Source: an uncultured Gemmatimonadales bacterium
GTDB lineage: Bacteria; Gemmatimonadota; Gemmatimonadetes; Gemmatimonadales; GWC2-71-9
Direction: 5' to 3'
NCBI GenBank assembly: GCA_963779755.1
Contig: CAVZZO010000001.1
Location: 1,920,001-1,984,000 of the forward strand
DNA: 64,000 nucleotides
Position numbers and translations under genes: made by a program. Below are positions 52,228 through 59,984 of this stretch, piece by piece; position 1 is the stretch's first letter, and each line of letters begins with the position of its first letter. The notes beneath the pieces are model-generated. The model was not told the origin of the DNA. It made no database searches and was given only the letters and a program-made list of their open reading frames with translations.

Positions 52228-52311
52228 CTAGACTCGCAAACGCCCGGTTCCGCGGCCCGTGGTTGGGGTCGCGTAGCTGAAATAGAAAGCGAAGCGGGAG
52301 CGTGTGGTCAC
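52228..52311 (-). CDS. Phe/Tyr-rich attenuator leader peptide MTTRSRFAFYFSYATPTTGRGTGRLRV (27 aa)
   Basis: GTG..TAG; 5 of 7 consecutive codons are Phe/Tyr; contains antiterminator CACGGGCCGC (52261-52252). Confidence 0.88.
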   Translation of the reverse strand: MTTRSRFAFYFSYATPTTGRGTGRLRV

Positions 52312-52317
52312 GTGCTA

Positions 52318-52346
52318 TTGATACCATCCGGGCCGGCGGGCGTCAA
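52318..52346 (-). promoter_or_regulatory. Promoter of the leader/aroF operon
   Basis: TTGACG-17 nt-TATCAA, 6 nt before the leader GTG. Confidence 0.65.
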
Positions 52347-52439
52347 GTATTTTCCCCTTTCCCCCTTCCCGTTTCCCTGTTCTCTGCGTGCCGGTCCCTT
52401 TCGCGAACGGCGGCACCGGCGCAGATTGCACCGGTGTTC

Positions 52440-52513
<74 letters not shown>

Positions 52514-52519
52514 TTGAGG

Positions 52520-52559
52520 ACGGCAGGACGGCAAGACGGGAGGACGGCAGGACGGCAAG
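52520..52559. repeat. ACGGCA(G/A)G octamer array, 5 units
   Basis: Same unit as the 27397 array; starts 6 nt after the tRNA. Confidence 0.85.
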
Positions 52560-52604
52560 GAATATCCTCGACCCTCTTAGTCCCCTCGACACCTCGACCC
52601 ACCC

Positions 52605-55229
52605 ATGCCAGACGAGCGCACCCGCCTGAAGGATGCCCTTGCCGACCGCTATGCCCTCGATCGGGAAATCGGGAGCGGGGGCATGGCCACGGTCTACCTC
52701 GCCCAGGACCTGCGCCACGACCGTCAGGTGGCGGTCAAGGTCCTCCGGCCCGACCTGGCCGCCACGCTGGGGAGCGACCGGTTCTTCCGCGAAATCCAGG
52801 TGGCCGCGCGGCTGCAGCACCCGCACATTCTGCCGCTGCTCGATTCCGGCGAGGCGGGCGGCTTCTACTACTACGTCATGCCCTATGTGCAGGGCGAGTC
52901 GTTGCGCGAGCGGCTGGCCAGGCATGGCGAGTTGCCGGTGCACGAGACGGTGAAGCTGCTCTCCGAAGTCGTGGATGCCCTGGCCGAGGCCCATGCCAAC
53001 GGCGTAGTGCACCGCGACATCAAGCCGGACAACGTGATGCTCTCGGGCCGTCACGCGCTGGTGATGGACTTCGGCGTGGCCAAGGCGGTGAGCGAGGCGA
53101 CCGGGCGGCAGAAGCTGACCACGGCCGGTATCGCGCTGGGGACGCCCTCATACATGGCGCCGGAGCAGGCGGCGGCCGATCCGCAGCTGGATCACCGGGT
53201 GGACATCTACGCGGTGGGGGTGCTGGGCTACGAGATGCTCACCGGCAGCCCGCCGTTTGGGGGAAAGAGCCCGCAGGAGATCCTGGCGGCGCAGGTGACC
53301 CAGGCGCCGGAGCCGATTTCGAAACATCGCCCAGCCGTGTCGGCGGCGCTGGAGTCGGTACTGATGAAGTGCCTGGAGAAGCGGGCGGCCGACCGGTGGC
53401 AGACGGCGGAGGAGCTGCTGGGGCAGCTGGAGGTGCTGGCCACGCCAAGCCTGGGGATGACGCCGACCCAGACCCGGCCGGTGGCGGCGGTCGCGGTCGG
53501 CGGCCGCGGGTTCCCGCTCTGGGCCGCCTGGGTGCTGGGCGGGGCGCTGGTGGCGGCGGGTGCTCTGGCATTGACGCTGCGGCAGCGAGCGCCCGCCGTG
53601 CTGGACCTGGGAAATCGCACCCCGCTGGCGGTCTCGCCGGACATCGAGCAGTGGCCCGACCTCAGCCCTGATGGAAAGCTGGTCGCCTACACCGTGGCGG
53701 ACACGGCCGGAGTTCACCTCACGGTGCGGCAGGTGGGTGGCGGGGTTCCCATCGCCATTACCGAAGGCACTCAGGCCTGGGTCGGCGCCATATCGCCCGA
53801 TGGCAGCCGCCTCCTGCATTCCGGCCCGAACGGTCTGTACGTCATGCCGCTCCTCGGTGGCCCCGCCCGGCCCGTAGCGGACATCAGCCCGATGGGCGCG
53901 GCGTGGTCTCCCGACGGACGGCGTGTCGTCCTTGCCTCCCGGGATACCCTGTTCGAGCAGAGCCTGGACGGCACCGGCCGGAAGCCGCTGGCGGCCGGCG
54001 TAGATCTGCATTCGCCCGCCTGGTCGCCCGACGGCAGGTGGATCGCCTACGTCGAGGGAAATTCGAGGTTCTACGGCCAGGGCAACAACGCGCCCAGCCG
54101 GATCCTGGTACTACCCGCCGCGGGGGGCACGCCGGTCGCCGTGACGGACTCGGCCTCGTTCAACACCAGCCCGGTCTGGATCCCCGGCCGGCGCGCCCTG
54201 CTGTTCATTTCCGACCGCGAGGGCGGCCGCGATATTTATCAGCTGGAGCTGACCTCCAGCGGGGCCGCGGCCGCTCCCCCGGTCCGCATCACGACCGGCC
54301 TCAACCCCGGCCGGATCAGCCTTTCGGCCGACGGGAAACGCCTGGCCTGGTCCACCGGAGTCCAGACGTCCAACATCTGGGAGATCCCCATCTCCGGTCG
54401 CGATTCGGTTCCGTTCTCCCGGGGCCGCCAGGTCACCACCGGCTCGCAGGATGTCGAGCAGGCAGACGTGTCGCCCGATGGCCGATGGCTGTACTACGAC
54501 TCGAACCTCGGCGGCCACTCCAGTATCTGGCGCCAGCCGCTGGCGGGAGGAACCCCGGAGCGCCTCACCAGCGACTCCGCCGACGATTTCGCCCCCGCCG
54601 TCTCGCCCGACGGACGCTGGGTCGCCTTCCACTCCACGCGCAACGGCAGTAGTAACCGGGACGTGTTCGTGATCCCGGCGGCGGGAGGGCCTGCCGTGCA
54701 GGTCTCCACCAGTGCCGGAGACGACCGGGTCCCTCATTGGAGTCCGGACGGCAGGATGCTGGCCTGGTCCGATAACGACAGGCCCGACAGCAATATCCTG
54801 GTAGCGCACCGGCAGGCCGGCGGGTCCTGGTCGGCGCCGCGGCGGCTTGCCGCGCGGGGATTTCAGGCAGGACAGTGGCGGCCCACGGGTGGGATCACGC
54901 TCGGGTCATCCGCTGGAATCTCGCTGCTGGACCCCGCGAGTGGGGCGACGACCCTTCTGGTGGACTCGACCGGGGCCCCGGGGGGGGGTGCGTACACCGC
55001 CTGGTCCGGGGACGGCAAGACGCTGTATTTCGCCGTACGGGATTCGGCGGGCCCGGTCGTCCGCCTTCGGGCAATCACGCGGCCGGGGGGCCGGCCGAGG
55101 ACGGTGGCGTACACCGATAATCCCCGGGCCCAGTTCTTTCGCTTCGGCCTGGCGGCGCATGCGGGATATCTCTACCTGCCACTGGTGGATGCAAACTGGG
55201 ATGTGTGGGTGGCGGATGTGGAGCGCTAG
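52605..55229 (+). CDS. Membrane Ser/Thr protein kinase with TolB-like (PD40) beta-propeller
   Basis: GSGGMATV, VAVK, HRDIKPDN, DFG, APE; one TM; repeated (W/V)SPDG. Confidence 0.95.
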   Translation: MPDERTRLKDALADRYALDREIGSGGMATVYLAQDLRHDRQVAVKVLRPDLAATLGSDRFFREIQVAARLQHPHILPLLDSGEAGGFYYYVMPYVQGESLRERLARHGELPVHETVKLLSEVVDALAEAHANGVVHRDIKPDNVMLSGRHALVMDFGVAKAVSEATGRQKLTTAGIALGTPSYMAPEQAAADPQLDHRVDIYAVGVLGYEMLTGSPPFGGKSPQEILAAQVTQAPEPISKHRPAVSAALESVLMKCLEKRAADRWQTAEELLGQLEVLATPSLGMTPTQTRPVAAVAVGGRGFPLWAAWVLGGALVAAGALALTLRQRAPAVLDLGNRTPLAVSPDIEQWPDLSPDGKLVAYTVADTAGVHLTVRQVGGGVPIAITEGTQAWVGAISPDGSRLLHSGPNGLYVMPLLGGPARPVADISPMGAAWSPDGRRVVLASRDTLFEQSLDGTGRKPLAAGVDLHSPAWSPDGRWIAYVEGNSRFYGQGNNAPSRILVLPAAGGTPVAVTDSASFNTSPVWIPGRRALLFISDREGGRDIYQLELTSSGAAAAPPVRITTGLNPGRISLSADGKRLAWSTGVQTSNIWEIPISGRDSVPFSRGRQVTTGSQDVEQADVSPDGRWLYYDSNLGGHSSIWRQPLAGGTPERLTSDSADDFAPAVSPDGRWVAFHSTRNGSSNRDVFVIPAAGGPAVQVSTSAGDDRVPHWSPDGRMLAWSDNDRPDSNILVAHRQAGGSWSAPRRLAARGFQAGQWRPTGGITLGSSAGISLLDPASGATTLLVDSTGAPGGGAYTAWSGDGKTLYFAVRDSAGPVVRLRAITRPGGRPRTVAYTDNPRAQFFRFGLAAHAGYLYLPLVDANWDVWVADVER

Positions 55230-55260
55230 GAATCAGGGACCAGGAACCGGGGATCAGGGG
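55229..55260. repeat. GGAATCA/GGGACCA heptamer array
   Basis: Four units directly after the kinase stop; same units as 4824 and 5454. Confidence 0.7.
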
Positions 55261-55277
55261 CATTCCCCTCATCACCG

Positions 55278-56789
55278 ATGATCCGGCTTACCCTTCGCGG
55301 GGACCCCGCGCAATCGCGCGACTACACGCAGGCGCTGATCCGGGTGGGCCGCGGCTCCGGCTGCGATTGGGTGGTCCAGGGCGATCAGGCGGAGAGCGTC
55401 TCCCAGTTTCACGCCCAGATCTCCCTGCGCGACGGGTCCTGGCTGCTGCAGGATACCGGCAGCACCAACGGCACGCTGGTGAACGGGCAGCGGATCCAGC
55501 GGCGCGTGCTGCAGCCGGGCGATGTGATCAGGCTCGGCGCGGGCGGGCCCGAGCTCCTCGTCGAGATCGATTTCGACGCCATTCCCCGCGGTGCACCCGC
55601 CGTCATGAGTACCGCTCCACGTCCCGCCCTGCCCGATGATCCATCCAGCGACCTCCCGCCGGGCGATCCGGTGCCGGCGGGACGGCCCAGCACCGCCCTG
55701 GCGGTGGAACGGGCGGTATTGGATATCGAAGCGGCGCGCAGCGAATCCGGTGGCCGACGGCGCAGCACCCGTTCGCTCCTGCGCGAGGCGCTCCACGAGG
55801 TCTCCGCCACGGTGCAGGCGAGGACCCGGCGCCGCTGGGTGCGGGTGGTGCTCGGTGTGGCCGGCGTCGGGCTGCTCGGGCTCATGACCCTGGGCGTGAT
55901 CGTCGTCCGCCAGCAGCGGCAGCTCGCCGCTCTGCTGGCCCGGAAAGCGGCCATCGACCGGCAGATCGAACAGGTGCAGGAGGCCATGCAGAATGAAGAT
56001 GATCCCGGCCGCCTGGCGCAGCAGGAACAGCTGCTCGATGCGCTGACCGGCAACGCCGAGGCCACGCTCGTGGCCGTAGGACAGCGCGACAAGGCCCGGG
56101 CCGCCCAGCTGGCGCAGGGCAGCGACGAGCTGGACCGGGAGATCCGCCGCATTCTCTCCCAGTTCGACGCCACGACCTACGCGGTGCCCCCCATCTTCCG
56201 GGAACGGCTGCAGTATCACATCGACCAACTGGTTCACTCGGGAACCCTGGGCCAGGTGTACCGGCGCAAACAGAAATACTGGCCGATCATCAGGAAGGAA
56301 TTCGGCGCCCTGGAGTTGCCGGAGGACATGGCCTACATCGCCTGGGCCGAGTCGGAGTTCGATCCCGAGGCGCTGAGCGGCGCGGGCGCGCGGGGGATGT
56401 GGCAGATGACGGTCGCGACCGCCGAGCGCTACGGGCTCATGGTGAACGACTCGGTGGACCAGCGGCTCGATGTCCGCCTGCAGACCCACGCCGCGGCCCG
56501 CTATCTGGCCGACCTGCTGAGCGAGTTCGGCGAGGATGCCTTCATGCTGGCGCTGGCCAGCTACAACCGGGGCGAGGCCGGCGTGCGCCGGGCGCTGCAC
56601 GACGTGGCCGCCGATCCCGGCGGCTTCCGCCGGGACAAGCGGAACTTCTGGCATCTCTACCGGCTGAAGAAGCTGCCGCCGGAGACGCGGGAATACGTGC
56701 CCAGGGTGCTGGCCGCGGCCGTGATCGGGAGCAACCCCGAGCGGTACGGGCTCGCACCGGCCTCCTCGTCACCTCAGGCTTCCCATTAG
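55278..56789 (+). CDS. FHA domain - TM - coiled coil - MltD-like lytic transglycosylase
   Basis: FHA: GR, S..HA, STNGT. SLT: AESEF, GMWQM, SYNRGE, ETREYV. Confidence 0.9.
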   Translation: MIRLTLRGDPAQSRDYTQALIRVGRGSGCDWVVQGDQAESVSQFHAQISLRDGSWLLQDTGSTNGTLVNGQRIQRRVLQPGDVIRLGAGGPELLVEIDFDAIPRGAPAVMSTAPRPALPDDPSSDLPPGDPVPAGRPSTALAVERAVLDIEAARSESGGRRRSTRSLLREALHEVSATVQARTRRRWVRVVLGVAGVGLLGLMTLGVIVVRQQRQLAALLARKAAIDRQIEQVQEAMQNEDDPGRLAQQEQLLDALTGNAEATLVAVGQRDKARAAQLAQGSDELDREIRRILSQFDATTYAVPPIFRERLQYHIDQLVHSGTLGQVYRRKQKYWPIIRKEFGALELPEDMAYIAWAESEFDPEALSGAGARGMWQMTVATAERYGLMVNDSVDQRLDVRLQTHAAARYLADLLSEFGEDAFMLALASYNRGEAGVRRALHDVAADPGGFRRDKRNFWHLYRLKKLPPETREYVPRVLAAAVIGSNPERYGLAPASSSPQASH

Positions 56790-56792
56790 GAA

Positions 56793-56962
56793 CCGCAGAT
56801 TACGCAGATTACGCAGATTGACTCTATGAAATCAGCGGATCAACCCCGGCCTCTCTTCACCCCCGCACTTCTCGACCGGATTGGATGCTGGATCTGGGCA
56901 CCGCTGCCAAGATGGTTGCGGGTCGCTCCAGATTACATCTGCGTAATCTGCGTAATCTGCGG
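56793..56962. repeat. Perfect 26-bp inverted repeat built from CGCAGATTA nonamers
   Basis: ccgcagattacgcagattacgcagat (56793-56818) / atctgcgtaatctgcgtaatctgcgg (56937-56962). Confidence 0.92.
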
Positions 56963-59537
56963 CTTCTTCCTCCCCAGCCTCGCCGTTGCTCAGAAGCCGG
57001 GGGCTCTGCCGTACCAGGATCCGCGATTGCCGATCGCCGAGCGGGCCCAGGATCTCCTGGGCCGCATGACGCTGGAGGAGAAGTTCTGGCAGCTGTTCAT
57101 GATCCCCGGCGATCTGGACGATCCGGCAAACGACTACCGCCACGGGGTTTTCGGCCTACAGGTGTCGGTGGTGGATTCGACCGGAAGCGCAGGCGAGATC
57201 GCCCGGGCCCACGCGTGCCGCATCAACGCCATCCAGCGCTACTTTGTCGAGCGCACCCGGCTGGGGATCCCGATCATTCCCTTCGATGAGGCAGTTCACG
57301 GGCTGATCCGGCCCGGCGCCACCATGTTTCCCCAGGCCATCGCCCTGGCCGCGGCCTGGGATTCCGCGCTGGTGGGAGACGTGGCCCAGGCGATCGCCCG
57401 GGAGACCGGGAGCCGGGGCATCCGGCAGGTGCTCTCGCCGGTGCTGAACATCGCCAGCGATGTGCGATGGGGCAGGGTGGAGGAGACCTACGGCGAGGAC
57501 CCGGTGCTTGCTTCGCGCATGGGCGAGGCGTTCGTGCGCGCCTTTGAGGCGCTGGGCGTGGCGGCCACCCCCAAGCACTTCGTGGCCAACGTGGGCGAGG
57601 GCGGCCGGGACAGCTATCCGATCGACTACGACCGTCGGGCGCTGGAGGAGCGGTTCTTCCCTCCCTTCCGGAGTGCGCTTGCAGAAGCGGGCGCGCATTC
57701 CGTCATGGCGGCCTACAACTCGGTGGGCGGGATCCCGGCCTCGCAGAACCGCTGGCTGCTGACCCATGTCCTGCGGGGGGAATGGCACTTCGGCGGTGTC
57801 GTCATCTCCGATCAGGCCGCGACCGCCGGCCCGACCGTGTTGCAGCACACCGAAGCCAGCACCGCCACTGCGGCGCAACACGCGCTCGAGGCCGGGCTGG
57901 ACGTGATCTTCCAGTCGGCGTATCCGCAATATCGCCCCTATCTCGCGGCCTTCCAGCGGGGCCTGGTCCCCCGGCCCGTGCTCGACACCGCGGTGGCGCG
58001 GGTGCTGCGGCTCAAGTTCGAGCTGGGTCTCTTCGAGCATCCCTACGCCGATCCGGACAGCGCGGCCCGGTGGAACGGCAATGCCAGGCATGCGGAGCTG
58101 GCGCGGCAGGCCGCCCGCGAGTCGATCGTGCTGCTCCGGAACCGGAAGGGTACGCTGCCACTGTCCCGGTCGATCGGCTCGGTCGCGGTGATCGGCTCCG
58201 ATGCCGTGGAAGCGCGGCTGGGAGATTACAGCGGTGCCGGAGCTCGGCCGGTGTCCATCCTCGACGGCATCCGCCAGGAGCTCGGCTCCTCGGCACCGGT
58301 GCGGTACACCCCCGGCCCGGGCCGGGCCGATACGGAGTATGTGACCATTCCGGCGGCGTTGCGGGGCGAATACTTCGCCAACCCGCGGCTGGAAGGGGAG
58401 CCGCGGGTGGTCCGGAGTGATACGCGGGTGGATTTCCACTGGACCATCAGTCCGCCGGCGCCAGGCATCCCACAAGACTGGTACTCGGTGCGCTGGACGG
58501 GGCAGGTGACCATCTCCCCCGGCGGGGTCCGGCGAATCGGCGTCGAAGGGAACGACGGCTATCGTCTCTACCTGGACGATTCGCTGGTCATCGACAACTG
58601 GCGGAAACGGTCCTACGGTGTGCGCCTCGCCCCCGTGGCGGTGGTTCCCGGCAGCAGCCACAGGCTGCGCCTGGAGTACTTCGAGACCAGGAGCAACGGC
58701 CGGATCCGGCTGGTCTGGGACGCCGGGGCCGCTCCCATCTGGCCGGCCGCGCTCAAGGCCGCCGTCGCGCTGGCGCGGACGAGCGACGTCGCCATCGTGG
58801 TCGCGGGCATCGAGGAGGGCGAGTTTCACGATCGCGCCTTGCTCGCGCTCCCCGGCCGCCAGGAGGACCTGATCCGGCAGCTGGCGGCGACGGGCACGCC
58901 GGTGGTGGTGGTCCTGATCGGCGGCAGTGCCGTCACCATGCCCTGGCTGGAGGAGGTGGACGCGGTGGTTGACGCGTGGTACCCCGGCGAGCAGGGCGGC
59001 CCGGCGGTGGCCGATGTGCTGTTTGGCGGCTACAATCCGGCCGGGCGGTTACCGATCACGTTCCCCGTCGCCGAGGGGCAGCTGCCGCTGTACTACAACC
59101 ACGAACCGGCCGGCCGGGGCGACGATTATGGCGACCTCACCGGGCTGCCGCTCTTTCCGTTCGGCTTCGGGCTGAGCTATACCACCTTCGAGTATTCGTC
59201 GCTCGGCATCTCGCCCGAGTCCATGGACGCCGCCGGCACGGCGGTGATCCGCTGCCGCGTGCGCAATACCGGAACTCGCGGGGGCGACGAGGTGGTGCAG
59301 CTATACATCCACCAAGTGCTGGGATCGGTGGCCCGTCCGGTGATCCAGCTCCAGGGCTTCCAGCGCATCCACCTGGAGCCGGGCGAGGAGCGCGAGGTCC
59401 GGTTCCGGCTTTCGACCGAGCAGTTGAGGACATTCCAGCGGGGTGGGGACTGGGTAGTAGAGTCCGGGGCATACCAGGTGATGGTCGGAGCTTCCTCCCG
59501 GGACCTCCGGTTGCGGGGGGTGCTGCTGATCCGCTGA
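56826..59537 (+). CDS. Secreted GH3 beta-glucosidase/xylosidase with PA14 and Fn3-like domains; start 56826 or TTG 56916
   Basis: RMTLEEK, EAVHG, WGRVEETYGED, KHF, ISD, WYPGEQGG, FGFGLSYT. Confidence 0.93.
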   Translation: MKSADQPRPLFTPALLDRIGCWIWAPLPRWLRVAPDYICVICVICGFFLPSLAVAQKPGALPYQDPRLPIAERAQDLLGRMTLEEKFWQLFMIPGDLDDPANDYRHGVFGLQVSVVDSTGSAGEIARAHACRINAIQRYFVERTRLGIPIIPFDEAVHGLIRPGATMFPQAIALAAAWDSALVGDVAQAIARETGSRGIRQVLSPVLNIASDVRWGRVEETYGEDPVLASRMGEAFVRAFEALGVAATPKHFVANVGEGGRDSYPIDYDRRALEERFFPPFRSALAEAGAHSVMAAYNSVGGIPASQNRWLLTHVLRGEWHFGGVVISDQAATAGPTVLQHTEASTATAAQHALEAGLDVIFQSAYPQYRPYLAAFQRGLVPRPVLDTAVARVLRLKFELGLFEHPYADPDSAARWNGNARHAELARQAARESIVLLRNRKGTLPLSRSIGSVAVIGSDAVEARLGDYSGAGARPVSILDGIRQELGSSAPVRYTPGPGRADTEYVTIPAALRGEYFANPRLEGEPRVVRSDTRVDFHWTISPPAPGIPQDWYSVRWTGQVTISPGGVRRIGVEGNDGYRLYLDDSLVIDNWRKRSYGVRLAPVAVVPGSSHRLRLEYFETRSNGRIRLVWDAGAAPIWPAALKAAVALARTSDVAIVVAGIEEGEFHDRALLALPGRQEDLIRQLAATGTPVVVVLIGGSAVTMPWLEEVDAVVDAWYPGEQGGPAVADVLFGGYNPAGRLPITFPVAEGQLPLYYNHEPAGRGDDYGDLTGLPLFPFGFGLSYTTFEYSSLGISPESMDAAGTAVIRCRVRNTGTRGGDEVVQLYIHQVLGSVARPVIQLQGFQRIHLEPGEEREVRFRLSTEQLRTFQRGGDWVVESGAYQVMVGASSRDLRLRGVLLIR

Positions 59538-59570
59538 ACACCTGGCCTGAGGGCCGGTCTGCGCCGCGCG

Positions 59571-59953
59571 GACGGCCCGGCCATCCCTCCGCGCGCTGGT
59601 GGTGCGCGCTCCTTTCTGGAGATCCCGATCCACTTCACCGCGCCCCAACGCGCGCTCCGGGATGGTCCAGCCCGTCGGCGCGGCTGGGGGAAGGCAGCAG
59701 CAGAAGGGGCCTCCCGCCGGGGCCGCTGGGTCCCGCAGGGCGCGTCGGAGCGCCCGCAGGTGGATTGGGGATGGCGGAAAAGCGAAGGGATCCGTGAGGG
59801 CGCGGCGACGGCCCGGCCATCCCTCCGCACGCTGGTGGTGCGCGCTCCTTTCTGGAGATCCCAATCCACTTCACCGCGCCCCAACGCGCGCTCCGGGATG
59901 GTCCAGGCCGTCGGCGCGGCTGGAGGAAGGCAGCAGCAGAACGGGCCTCCCGC
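59571..59953. repeat. Two about 147-bp near-identical direct repeats (period 236 bp)
   Basis: 59571-59717 and 59807-59953, between convergent GH3 and ppsA genes. Confidence 0.9.
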
Positions 59954-59984
59954 GCGGGGCCGCCGGGCAGGAGGCCCGTGTTTC

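Noticed and set aside
52154..52327. 58-aa N-terminal extension of DAHP synthase in the ORF track
   Set aside because: The region is the attenuator; an SD (GGAGG) precedes ATG 52153
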